Position numbers and translations under genes: made by a program. Below are positions 11,291-22,680 of a DNA stretch of 64,000 nucleotides, one piece after another. The notes under the pieces are model-generated. The model did not search any database. It was given only the letters and a program-made list of their open reading frames with translations, and was not told the origin of the DNA. Location of the stretch: NCBI GenBank assembly GCA_038087875.1, contig CM075993.1:6698001-6762000 (forward strand), read 5' to 3'. This stretch comes from Malacoraja senta. Lineage: Eukaryota. The stretch's first letter is position 1; every line of letters begins with the position of its first letter.

Positions 11291-12397
11291 GGAAGGTTTT
11301 TGTTGCGTGCTAACCAGTCAGCGGAAAGGCAGTACATGATTACAATCGAGCCATTGACAGCGTATAGATACATGATAAGGGAATAACATTTACAAAGGGA
11401 ATTAACTTTGGGCAGCAACTTAGATTAGAAGTGCTCACAGCATTATTGCATGACCCCAACTTGCCTCTGGGTAGAATTAAACTGAAGCTTTGAACACCAA
11501 ACCGGTCATAGAACAGATTCATAGGTTGACGCAAAATACTGGAGTAACTCAGCGGGTCAGGCAGCATCTCTGGAGAACATGCACAGGTGACTTTTCATGT
11601 CGGGATTGGGAAGAGCCTGAGGAAAGGTCCAGACCCAGAACATCACCTATTCATGTTCTCCAGAGATGCTGCTAGGAGACGTTTCAGGTCAGGACCTATC
11701 TTCACACTCTTGTTATAACAGCAGGTACATGGATAGGCAAGGTTTAGAAGGATATGGGCCAAACGCAGGGAGATGGGACTAGTGGAGATGGGTCATCTTG
11801 TGGGAAATTTGGGGCAAAAGTTATGGATCCGTGCAGTATGACTCAGTCTGAAGAAGGGTCCCGACCCAAATCTTCACATATCCATGTTCTCCGGAGATGC
11901 TGCCTGGCCCACTGAGTATTCCTGTGTTACAGCAGTGTCTACAATTCAGAAATATCACCTTGGCTGTAAAGAGCATTGGAACAGTCTGTGGTTATAAGGG
12001 GCACGAAACAAATGTGAGACTTTTTCTTTCTTTGTTAAATCTTGAAAATTAAAATTCTCTTAGTTTTTTCCGTTCTTTTATCAGGCTGAAGAAGGGTCTC
12101 GACCAGAAACATCACCATCACCTATCACCTTTCACCTATCCAAAGGTCAGGACCTTTCCTCAGACTCTTCTCAGACCCAACCTGAAAAGTCACCTGTCCA
12201 TGTTCTCCAGAGATGCTGAGTTACTCCAGCACTTTGTGTCTTTTTGTAAAGTGAACCTGCATCTGCAGTTCCTCGTGTCTACCAGTCATAGGGTGCATTT
12301 GTAAGTTTGGTGCCAGTAACATCCTGTTTTCAGGCAGATGCTAAGCAAGAGTTGCCCGAGCACTATTGCAGGGTCGAGGAGAAGGGGCCCAGAGTTA

Positions 12398-13035
12398 AAC
12401 ATAGAAACATAGAAAATAGATGCAGGAGGAGGCCATTCGGCCCTTCGAGCCAGCACCGCCATTCATTGTGATCATGGCTGATTGTCCCCAATCAATAACC
12501 CGTGCCTGCCTTCTCCCCATATCCCTTGATTCCACTAGCCCCTAGAGCTCTATCTAACTCTCTCTTAAATCCATCCAGTGATTTGGCCTCCACTGCCCTC
12601 TGTGGCAGAAAATTCCATAAATTCACAACTCTCTGGGTGAAAACGTTTTTTCTCACCTCAGTCTTAAATGGCCTCCCCTTTATTCTAAGACTGTGGCCCC
12701 TGGTTCTGGACTCGCCCAACATTGGGAACATTTTTCCTGCATCTAGCTTGTCCAGTCCTTTTATAATTTTATATGTTTCTATAAGATCCCCACCTCATCC
12801 TTCTAAACTCCAGTGAATACAAGCCTAGTCTTTTCAATCTTTCCTCAAATGACAGTTCCGCCATCGCAGGGATCAATCTCGTGAACCTACGCTGCACTGC
12901 CTCAATCACAAGGATGTCCTTCCTCAAATTAGGAGACCAAAACTGTACACAATACTCCAGATGTGGTCTCATCAGAGCCCTATACAACTGCAGAAGAACC
13001 TCTCTACTCCTATACTGAAATCCTCTTGTTATGAT
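12398..13035 (-). mobile_element. CR1 LINE 3' fragment
   Basis: ORFs [18 protein letters not shown] and ESRTRGHSLRIKG; ctatgttt tail. Confidence 0.9.
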
Positions 13036-13179
13036 GAGTTGGATGAATCAGATCAAAAGCACCCGTTTTGTACAGTGGGGTGAAAGGGGTAAAGAGATAT
13101 GATCCAAAGGAAGATATGGAGGGATATGGGCCTACGATAGGTTTCGGGGAATATGACCCAAAGAAGGTTTTAGAGGGAA

Positions 13180-14835
13180 ATAAGTTCTTAAGTCATAGCA
13201 ACAGAATTAGGCCATTCTGCCCATCGACTATACTCTGCGATTCAATCATGGCTGATCTATCTTTTCCTCTCATCCTCATTCTCCTGCCTTCTCCCCATAA
13301 CCTTTGACACCCGTTATTAATCAAGAACCTATCAATCTCCGTCTTAAAAATACCCCGTGACTTGGCCTCCACAGCCATCTGTGGCGATAAATTCCACAAA
13401 TCAACCACCCTCTGACTAAATAAATTCCTCCTCATCTTCTTTCTAAAGGTACGTCCTTTTATTCTGAGATATGGGCCAATAAAAGGTTTATAGGGATATG
13501 AGCCAAACGCAGGCAGGTGGGGCTTGTGTGGTTGGGGTAGCTTGGTCAGCATAGGCAAGTTGGGCCGAAGGGCCTGCTTCCATGCCGATTGACTCAATGA
13601 TTCTATGACTGAGTCTCCTTAAGGCAGAGATAGAGATTCTTGATTAGTACGAGTATCGGAGGTTATGGGGAGAAGGCAGGAGAATGGGGTTAGGAGGGAT
13701 AGATAGATCAGCCATGATTGATTGGCGGAGTAGACTTGATGGGCCCAATGGCCTAATTCTGCTCCGGTTCCTTATGACCTTGTGAACTTCTGCAGTTTAT
13801 GACATCAAGACAAACACGGGGAAGGTATTGCCATTATGGACTCTCCCTCCTTGAGTTCGTCTCTTGATCTCTTGTCAACCTGTTTTGTTCTAGCTATTTC
13901 TTGACTCCTAATCACCCCGCTCCACCCCAATCATTTAGTCTGAAGAAAGATTCCGACCCAATAGACAATAGGTGCAGGAGTAGGCCATTTGGCCCATCGA
14001 GGCAGCACCGTCATTCAATGTGATCATGGCTGATCATCCCCAATCAGTACCCCGTTCCTGCCTTCTCCCCACATCCCCTGCCTCCACTATCTTTAAGAGC
14101 CCTATCTAGCTCTCTCTTGAAAGTATCCAGAGAACCGGCCTCCACCGCCCTCTGAGGCAGAGAATTCCACAGACTCACAGCTCTCTGTGTGAAAAAGAGA
14201 CCCGAACTGTCACCTATTCCTTTTCTCCAGAGATGCTGCCTGATCCATTGACATTCCAGCATTTTATGTCTATTTTGATCATATGGCCAAATGTGAGAAT
14301 GTTTAGTCTAGTTTAGTGTCACGTGTACCGATGTTACAGTGAAAAGCTAACCAGTCAACGGAGGGACAATACATGATTACAATCGAGCCAACTAGAGTGT
14401 ACAGATACATGCTAAAGGGAACACTTAGTGCAAGATAAAGTCAGATTAAAGATAGTCGATGGGTCCCCAAAGAGGCAGAATAGTGAACGGCCTGGATAGA
14501 GTGGGTATGGGGAGATTGTTTCCACTAGTGGGAGAGTCTCGGACCAGATGTCATAGCACAGAATTAAAGGACATTCCTTTAGGAAGGAGATGAGGAGGAA
14601 TTTCTTTCGTCAGAGGGTGGTGAATCTGTGGAATTCATTTCCACAGAAGTTTGTGGAGGCCGAGTCAGTGGATATTTTTAAGGCAGAGATAGATAGATTT
14701 TTGATTAGTACGGGTGTCAGGGATTCTGGGAAGAAGGCAGGAGAATGGGCTTAGGAGGGAGAGATAGATCAGCCATGATTGAACGGCGGAGTAGACTTGA
14801 TGGGCCGAAGGGCCTAATTCTGCTCCTATCACTAA
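13180..14835. mobile_element. Cluster of CR1 3' ends in both orientations with Penelope and Rex-like tail fragments
   Basis: Repeated FSQRVV.LWN.LP..VEA motifs and gggccgaa(t/g)ggcct tails at ~13180-13470 (-), 13610-13785 (+), 13960-14195 (-), 14485-14835 (+). Confidence 0.75.
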
Positions 14836-15144
14836 CGGACAAGAATCTCCACAAAGTGCGGTGCACTGCACCGGTGATGCCATCACGTTGACATGGAATG
14901 CCTGACAGACCGAGTGACCCGGCCTCTCGAGAGAAGTTTGACAACAACCAGAGTCAAAGCACTTCAGTATACACACACACTGTTCATGTGATCCTATCTC
15001 ACATGTCCCTGCCCGCTTCTTCCTTTTGTGAGTCATGAGTCAGGTTACAGAAATAACACTGAATTGATGTGTAACATCATTTTATATTATTGTGCAAAGT
15101 GTAAGCTGAGAGTGTGATGTTGCAGAGTCTTATAGCATGGCAGT

Positions 15145-15607
15145 AACGGGACTGTCGTATGAGGAAAGATTGAAAAGACTAGGCTTGTATTCACTGGAGT
15201 TTAGAAGGATGAGGGGGATCTCATAGAAACATATAAAATTATAAAAGGACTGGACAAGCTAGATGCAGGAAAAATGTTCCCAATGTTGGGCGAGTCCAGA
15301 ACCAGGGGCCACAGTCTTAGAATAAAAGGGAGGTCAATTAAGACTGAGGTGAGAAAAAACGTTTTCACCCAGAGAGTTGTGAATTTGTGGAATTCCCTGC
15401 CACAGAGGGCAGTGGAGGCCAAGTCACTGGATGGATTTAAGAGAGAGAGTTAGATAGAGCTCTAGGGGCTAGTGGAGTCAAGGGATATGGGGAGAAGGCA
15501 GGCACGGGTTATTGATAGGGAACGATCAGCCATGATCACAATGAATGGTGGTGCTGGCTCGAAGGGCTGAATGGCCTCCTCCTGCACCTATTTTCTATGT
15601 TTCTATG
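15145..15607 (+). mobile_element. CR1 LINE 3' end, near-identical inverted partner of 12398-12860
   Basis: Same subfamily sequence (gatgcaggaaaaatgttcccaatgttgggcgagtccagaaccaggggccacag). Confidence 0.9.
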
Positions 15608-15931
15608 GCCAGCTCTTTAGGCAGGGCTGTCTCATTGATCTCTGATTTATCATTCGTTCTAATTATTGTTTTTTTACTGTCAACATTTATTTTTTTCATT
15701 TGCATATGCCACACAATGTGCCAGTCGACTGGACATTGCCGCACCATCCGTTCTTCCGAACCAACACCTTTGACCACAAGGGCATTGGTCAGCACGGATC
15801 GTCCTACCGGCACTGCAGGGAAATGACTCCATGGATCCTGTGGCGTGGTTCCCAGACTGCCCAGCTTGCCTGGCAAAATGCCTCATCGTCAGAACTCACC
15901 AACCATCAGGGGGAATAGATAGAATCTCTTT

Positions 15932-16702
15932 GAGGCACAAAATGCTGGAGTAACTCAGCGGGACAGGCAGCATCTCTGGAGGGAAGGAATGTTTGACTTA
16001 CAGGTCGAGACCCTTCTTCAGACTGAGAGTCAGGGGGGGGGAGATACAGAGATAAGGAAGTGCAAGGTGTAAGGTCGAGACATCAAAGGGGGGTGGAGAT
16101 CATGGAAAATGTAGAATGGATCATTGTTAGCTAGGAGATGGTGACAATCTCCTAGCTAAGGAGATAGGAGCGAATGCAGCGCCAGAGACCCTGGTTCAAT
16201 CCCAACCACGGGTGCTGTCTGTACGGAGTTTGTACGTTCTCCCCATGACCTGCATGGGTTTTCTCCGAGATCTTTGGTTTCCTCCAACACTCCAAAGATG
16301 TACAGGTTTGTAGGTTAATTGGCTTGGTAAATTGTCCCTAGTGGGTGTAGGATAGTGTTAATGTGCGGGTATCGCTGGTCGGCGCGGACCCAGTGGGCAG
16401 AAGAGCCGGTTTCCGCGCTGTATCTCAAAACTAAACTAAATGAAGCAAACAGAGATAGAATGTACTCGGAGACAGTCAGACTGGTGGGAGAACTGGGAAG
16501 GGAGAGGGATGGAGAGGGAGGGAAAGCAAGGGTTACTTGAAGTTAGAGAAGCCAATGTTCATACCGCTGGGGTGTAAGCTGCCCAAGCAAAATATGAGAT
16601 GCTGTTCCTCCAATTTGCGCTGGGCCTCACTCTGACAATGGAGGAGGCCCAGGACAGAAAGGTCAGTGTGGGAATGGGAGGGGGAGTTAAAGTGTTTGGC
16701 AA
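15932..16702 (-). mobile_element. Penelope-like element 3' end: GIY-YIG endonuclease C-terminus, 3' UTR and hammerhead-bearing terminal repeat, interrupted by an HE1 SINE (~16170-16440); copy 2 ~48140-48910
   Basis: Minus strand 16700-16533 reads AKHFNSPSHSHTDLSVLGLLHCQSEAQRKLEEQHLIFCLGSLHPSGMNIGFSNFK*, the HF...E..I..L..L.P.G.N signature of PLE GIY-YIG domains. It is followed by a pyrimidine-rich UTR and the ctgaagaagggtctcgacc repeat. Confidence 0.85.
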
Positions 16703-16724
16703 ACGGAGGTTTGTTTAGCTGAAG

Positions 16725-16975
16725 TTTGTTTAGTTTAGATTAGTTTAGTTTCATTTCGTTTAGAGATACAGCGCGGAAACAGGCCCTTCGGCCCACCGAG
16801 ACCCAGCCAACCAGCGATCCCCGCACATTAACACTATCCTACACACAGTAGGGACAATTTACATCTATACCAAGCCAATTAATTGACAAACCTGTACGTT
16901 TTTGGTGTGCGGGAAGAAACTGGAGATCCTGGAGAAAACCCACGCAGGTCACGAGGAGAACGTACAAACTCCATA
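16725..16975 (-). mobile_element. HE1-like SINE (5'-truncated)
   Basis: V-domain and (taaac)n tail. Confidence 0.8.
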
Positions 16976-17034
16976 CATGCCTTTTATATTTTACTTCCTG
17001 TGCCGTTTGTGTCTCAGGAACTTTCTTTAGATTT

Positions 17035-17314
17035 TGACTAACTTCGGGAAAATTGGACACCGAATAGTGGAGAGTGAAGACGACCTCCTTCAACCTCCTT
17101 TCGACTATCATGAAGACTACGTACGACTACCTTCGACTTCCCTCGATTACCTACGACTAACAAGACTAAACCTACGAGCAAAAAAGTATCGATTTTTTCC
17201 ATGGCAACCTTTTTTTACTCGTCCTACGACCTCGTGTCGACCATGCTGCGAGTATGAGTCGAGGGCAAACTCGCCAGAACTCGCGGATTAGGTCGCCCAA
17301 GTGGGACAGGCCCT
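17035..17314 (-). mobile_element. Half copy of the Harbinger-like MITE seen at 27014-27522
   Basis: Ends attaggtcgcccaagtgggacaggccct|taa; the interior is the reverse complement of ~27014-27425. Confidence 0.75.
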
Positions 17315-17429
17315 TAACTCAGCAGGTCAGGCAGCATCTCTGGAGAACATCCATTGGTGGCATTTTGGATCGGTACCCTTCTTCTGACTCTTCACATTGA
17401 GCCCTTGCATTGCTTTCCTCCCTTTAGGC

Positions 17430-17727
17430 TTTAGAGACGCAGAGTGGAAACAGGCCCTCTGGCCCACCGGGTCCACGTCAACCAGCGATCACCCCGTACT
17501 CTAGCACTATGCTACACGCCAGGGACAATTTACAATATACAGAAGCAAAATTAACCTACAAACCTGTACGCCTTTGGAGTGTGGAGGGAAACCGGAGCGC
17601 CCGGAGAAAACACACGCGGTCACACACGGTAAACGTCCAAACTCTGTACAGACAGCACCCGTAGTCAGGATGGAACCTGGGTCTCTGGTGCTGTAAGGCA
17701 GCAACTCTACCGCTGTTCCACTGTGCC
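17430..17727 (-). mobile_element. HE1-like SINE
   Basis: Reverse head, V-domain and tail. Confidence 0.8.
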
Positions 17728-17799
17728 GACTCATATTGGTATCTGCTGCCAATTTATCATTGATTCAGGTTTAGGTGGAAGTGGAACTTCGTGCATTTA

Positions 17800-18176
17800 A
17801 GAGGTGACATTGAAACATATAAGATTATTAAGGGTTTGGACACGCTTGAGGCAGGAAACATGTCCCCGATGTTGGGGGAGTCCAGAACCAGGGGCCACAG
17901 TTTAAGAATAAGGGGTAAGGCATTTAGAACGGAGATGAGGAAACACTTTTTCCACACAGAGAGTTGTGAGTCTGTGGAATTCTCTGCCTCAGAGGGCGGT
18001 GGAGGCCGGTTCTCTGGATACATTCAAGAGAGAGCTAGATAGGGCTCTTAAAGATAGCGGTCAGGGATATGGGGAGGAGGCAGGAACGGGGTACTGATTG
18101 CGGATGTTCAGCCATGATCACATTGAATGGCAGTGCTGGCTCGAAGGGCCGAATGGCCTGCTCCTATTGTCTATTG
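17800..18176 (+). mobile_element. CR1 LINE 3' end
   Basis: ORF 17791 [14 protein letters not shown]...ESRTRGHSLRIRG; ctattgt tail. Confidence 0.85.
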
Positions 18177-18518
18177 TGACCGAGGGCCTTTGCCTGGCCC
18201 ACCGTGGGTCGCTCCCTGCTAACCCACCCTTACTGCTTACCTTCAATTAAAGCCGCAGGTCACGCAGCCTACAACTAGGTCCCTGCTCCACAACCCAGAG
18301 GGATGGTCTGTAACTCAATATCTCTCACATGTCCTATCTTGCCGCAAGCACAGCCCGGCGTGCTGGATGGTTAAAATAGCTTGAAGTTAACAACATAAAA
18401 ATGTATCATGTGACAGAGAGCAGTGAAGCTGGACACTAACTGGACCTAAAGGAGAAGAATCAATCCGGGACAACATCACGTCATCGTCTTCCTTGATCAA
18501 CGTCTGTGCAGTAATAAT

Positions 18519-18897
18519 ATGAAGGAAGGAACTGCAGATGCTGGTTTAAACTGAAGATAAAGACACAAAATGCTGGAGTAACTCAGTGGGCCAGGCAGCA
18601 TCTCTGGAGAGAAGGAATGGGTGACGTTTCGGGCCGAGACCCTTCTTCAGTCTGAGAGTCAGGGGAGAGGGTAGGACACGGAGATAAGGAGGGGTAAGGT
18701 GTGAAAACGGGACATAGCTTCCAGCTATGTCCCGTTTTCACACCTTACCCCTCCTTATCTCCGTGTCTCTGAGCTGGTCTCCACCCGAAACGTCACCCGT
18801 TCCTTCTCTCCAGAAATGCTGCCTGTCCCGCTGAGTTACTCCAGCATTTTTATGTCTATCTTCAGTTTAAACCAGCATCTGCAGTTCCCTGCCACAC
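18519..18897. mobile_element. Fold-back Penelope terminal-repeat insertion with a central perfect 45-bp palindrome
   Basis: Outer arms ggaactgcagatgctggtttaaactgaagata / tatcttcagtttaaaccagcatctgcagttcc; inner arms 18675-18719 and 18723-18767. Confidence 0.85.
18623..18650 (-). ncRNA. Minimal hammerhead ribozyme motif; copy 2 at 50831-50858
   Basis: CUGAAGA-A-GGGU(CUCG)GCCC-GAAAC-GUC. Confidence 0.65.
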
Positions 18898-19394
18898 AAA
18901 TGTTTAAAAGAGTTGTTTAAAGGAGTGTGCGGGGTAAGTTAAAGTTTAAAGGAGATGTACAGGCAACTTTTCTTTTTACACAGAGGGTGTTGGGTGCCTG
19001 GACTGTACATATGCGGCCTGACACACTGAAAGTTTCTACCATTTAATTTTGCTTTTACTACAAAGGAACGCTTCTTTATCCATTGAAAGATTGAATAATG
19101 GTTTTGAGGGAGCTTCCAAGGAGAAGGGTCTCGACCCGAAACGTCACCCGTTCCTTCTCTCCAGAGATGCTGCCTGTCCCGCTGAGTTACTCCAGCATTT
19201 TGTGTCTACCTTCCAAGAAGGATCTCACAAATTAATCTCATCCTCTGTATCGGAGTTCAGTGCCGAACTACTATCTACCTCTTTGATGACCCTCGGACTA
19301 TCCTTGATCGGACTTTGCTGGCTCTACCTTGTACTAAACGTTATTCCCTTAACATGTGTCTATACAATGTAAATGGATCGATTGTAATCATGTA

Positions 19395-20267
19395 TTAGAC
19401 AATAGACAATAGGTGCAGGAGTAGGCCATTCGGCCCTTTGAGCCAGCACCGCCATTCAATGTGATCATGGCTGATCATCCCCAATCAGTACCCCGTTCCT
19501 GCCTTCTCCCCATATCCCCTGACTCCGCTATCTTTAAGAGCCCCATCTAGCTCTCTCTTGAAAGTATCCAGAGAACTGAGGCAGAGAATTCCACAGACTC
19601 ACCACTCTCTGTGAGAAAAAGTGTTTCTTCGTCTCCGTTCTAAATGGCTTACCCCTTATTCTTAAACCGTGACCCCTGGTTCTGGACCCCCCCAACATCG
19701 GGAACATGTTTCCTGCCTCTAGCGTGTCCAAATCCTTAACAATCTTATATGTTTCAATAAGATTCCCTCTCATCCTTTTAAACTCCAGAGTGTACAAGCC
19801 CAGCCGCTCCATTCTCTCAGCATATGACAGTCCTGCCATCCCGGGAATTAACCTTGTAAACCTACGCTGCACTCCCTCAATAGCAAGAATGTCCTTCCTC
19901 AAATTAGGGGACCAAAACTGCACACAATACTCCAGGTGCGGTCTCACTAGGGCTCTGTACAACTGCAGAAGGACCTCTTTGCTCCTATACTCGACTCCTC
20001 TTGTTATAAAGGCCAACATGCCATTCACTTTCTTCACTGCCTGCTGTACCTGAATGCTTACTTTCATAGACTGATGAACAAGGACCCCCAGATCCCGTTG
20101 CACTTCCCCTTTTCCCAACTTGACGCCATTTAGATAGTAATCTGCCTTCCTGTTTTTGATACCAAAGTGGATAACGTCACATTTATCTGCATTAAACTTC
20201 ATCTGCCATGCATCTGCCCACTCCCCCAACCTGTCCAAGTCACCCTGCATTCTCAAAGCATCCTCTG
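19395..20267 (-). mobile_element. CR1 LINE 3' ~870 bp with RT C-terminal ORF (19534-20256); copy 2 frameshifted (~51603-52459)
   Basis: QGDLDRLGEWADAWQMKFNADKC...DLGV...[18 protein letters not shown]...TRGH, typical CR1 ORF2. Confidence 0.92.
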
Positions 20268-20467
20268 CTATTGTCTCTCTGCTGACCGGTTAGCAGGCAA
20301 CAGAAAGCTTTTCACCGTGCCTCAGTACACCTGACAATAAACTAAACTGAAGTGAGTTGAACTTGCCTGATCTGGAGCTCTTGATGGTTTCCACTGTAGC
20401 TTGGAAATACATGGTACATTATAGCCACTGGGCCTCTGACACCAGCACATCTTGTTTTATTGTTTCT

Positions 20468-20730
20468 TAGTTTAGAGATACAGCACGGAAACAGGCCCTT
20501 TGGCCCACCGGGTCCGCTCCGACCAGCGATCCCCGCACTATCCTACACACGGTACAATTTACCAAAACCAAACCAATTAACCTCTTTGGAGTGTGGGAGG
20601 AAACCGATGATCTCGGAGAAAAGCCACGCAGGTCACGGGGAGAATGTACAAACTCCGTACAGAACACACCCGTGGTCAGAATCGAACTAGGGTCCCTGGC
20701 GCAGTCAGGCAGCAACTCTACCATGCCGCC
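20468..20730 (-). mobile_element. HE1-like SINE
   Basis: Reverse copy with V-domain. Confidence 0.8.
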
Positions 20731-20947
20731 GTTGTGTTTGTAACAGGCTGTTAACATGACCCAGGATCACTCAGAGAACCGTGAAGCAGCAGCCAATTAC
20801 AAAGTAGCATCAAGGTACACAGCATAAAAGATTTAATTTCAGGTTTCAAAGTTCTCAAGTTTTTGTCTGCTTCTTAAAGCCACGTCATTTATTGAGCTTA
20901 CTCCGAAAATGCAGATAATCGGGATTTGAGCCTGTTCTCCCCTAATA

Positions 20948-21350
20948 CAGGTCCACCACCAATTTCCCAACATCCTTGCTTCCAGGGCCTTGCTGGACTG
21001 TCCATTTTGCTAGACCAACACAGGCCACGGCCTCTAAGAGGAGTCGAACTGGAGCAGAACGTTCCGCCTAGCCGCCGGGGGGCCGAGATGCCGGCCTCGG
21101 AAGTCGGCTATGGGAACGGATCTGCCAACTGCAGCTGGGTCGGAGTACCAGAGCCCCGGCCACAGGGGGGGGGGAAACAAAACCACAGATTGGCCGCGGA
21201 GGTCCCGATCAATGGGGAGAAGGCCCGCCTCACCCGGCCTAGATGCCACATTTTTGGGGGAAACTGTGATTTCAAGTGCACGCTCGTAATTTTGTCCGGA
21301 TTAAAGGAAGTGCCGGATATTTATTTGCCAGAAAATTGTTGGTGGACCTG
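20948..21350. mobile_element. Tc1/mariner (Tigger/pogo-like) MITE, 403 bp; copy 2 at 53139-53541
   Basis: TA|CAGGTCCACCACCAATTT ... AAATTGTTGGTGGACCTG|TA: ~18-bp TIR with one mismatch and a TA TSD. Confidence 0.8.
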
Positions 21351-21394
21351 TAGTAATAACACTCTCAATGCCGGGATTCATGCCAGGATTCCGT

Positions 21395-21690
21395 TCAGAG
21401 ATACAGCGATGAAACGGGCCCTTCCAACAGACCTCACCGACAAACGATCACCCGCACCCAGGTTCTATATTATCCCAGAGTAACATCCAACACACTAGGC
21501 ACAAATTTAGAGAAGCCAATTCACCTACAAACCCTGCACGTTTTTGGATTGTGGTAGGAAACTGGAGTATCCGGAGAAAACCCACGCGGTCACAGGGAGA
21601 ACGTACAAAGTCGCTACAGACAGCGCCCGGAGTCAGGATCGAACCCGGGTCTCTGGAGCTGATACGCAGCAACTCTACTGCGGCGCCACT
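21395..21690 (-). mobile_element. HE1-like SINE
   Basis: Reverse copy with B box and V-domain. Confidence 0.75.
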
Positions 21691-22494
21691 TCTCAAGAGA
21701 TTACTCTAGTCGTTTGTCATCTGAAGTTTCAACTTTAGTTTTACGTTTAATTTTAGAGATACAGCATAGAAACCAGCACTTTGGCCCACCGAGTCCACAT
21801 TGGCCAACGGCCACCCATTCACATGAATTCTATCTTTTATCTTTAGTCTGAAGATGGGTCCCAACTTGAAACATCATCTATTGATCTGAAGGGTCCTGTC
21901 GTGAAACGTCACCTATCCATGTTCTCTAGAGATACTGCCTAACCCGTTAAGTTACTCTAGCACTTTGTGTTGGTGTTGTAAACCAGCATTTGCAGTTCCT
22001 TGCGTATAAATTTTACCGCACTACTGAAAGATCTCCTCAAGATATGTCTACATTGAAGATTTTCTCCCAGTCTGAAGGAGTCCATCCTGAAAAGTCACCT
22101 ATCCATGTCCTCCAGAGATGCTGCCTGACCCACTGAGTTACTCCAGCACTTTGTGTCTTTTTTCCTATCATGTCCCACTTTCACATCCACTCCCTACAAC
22201 TTAGTGTACACTTGTTTGGCATTGTTCTCAAGACTAATGTCAATCCTGGAGTCTGAAAAAGGGTCCCGACACAAAACGTCACCTCTTCATGTTCTCGAGA
22301 GATGCCGCCTGACCCCACCCCCCCCCCCCCCCCATAAACTAGCATCTGCAGTTCCTTCTATCACCGTCAAACCCGCAGTTCCTTTTGGGGGCTCCAAAGT
22401 TATAGTTTTGATGCAATTAACGAGTGTATATCAGCAATGGAGCCAGAAAATCATGGTGGTATCATCCCCAGAAAAGAATAAGTGAGTTCCATAC

Positions 22495-22616
22495 CTGAAA
22501 CTATGCAAGTGAACTTGATATCAGAGTCTTCAGATACTGAATGGGATTTCAGTGTGGTTTCAAAACCTGGCTGGGTCTCTTCCGTTATCTGAGCAATGAT
22601 AGTGCAAAAAGTTTGT
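22495..22616 (-). CDS. ALPK3: ALPK3 Ig-domain exon (122 nt), copy 1
   Basis: ttttctctttcag|ACAAACT...GTTTCAG|gtatgg. Encodes QTFCTIIAQITEETQPGFETTLKSHSVSEDSDIKFTCIVS(G), matching ALPK3 STFCSIIAQLTEETQPLFETTLKSRSVSEDSDVRFTCIVTG. Confidence 0.95.
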
Positions 22617-22680
22617 CTGAAAGAGAAAATAATCGGCAGTGCTCAAATTAGTTTAGATTAGAGATACAGCGCGGAAACAA

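Noticed and set aside
15595..15918. Unique-looking patch with short ORFs on both strands
   Set aside because: No recognisable protein and no consistent splice-site pair; it cannot be an ALPK3 coding exon because the flanking exons already join in frame.
20926..21483. 185-aa ORF
   Set aside because: Lies across a TA-flanked MITE and a SINE; no recognisable domain.
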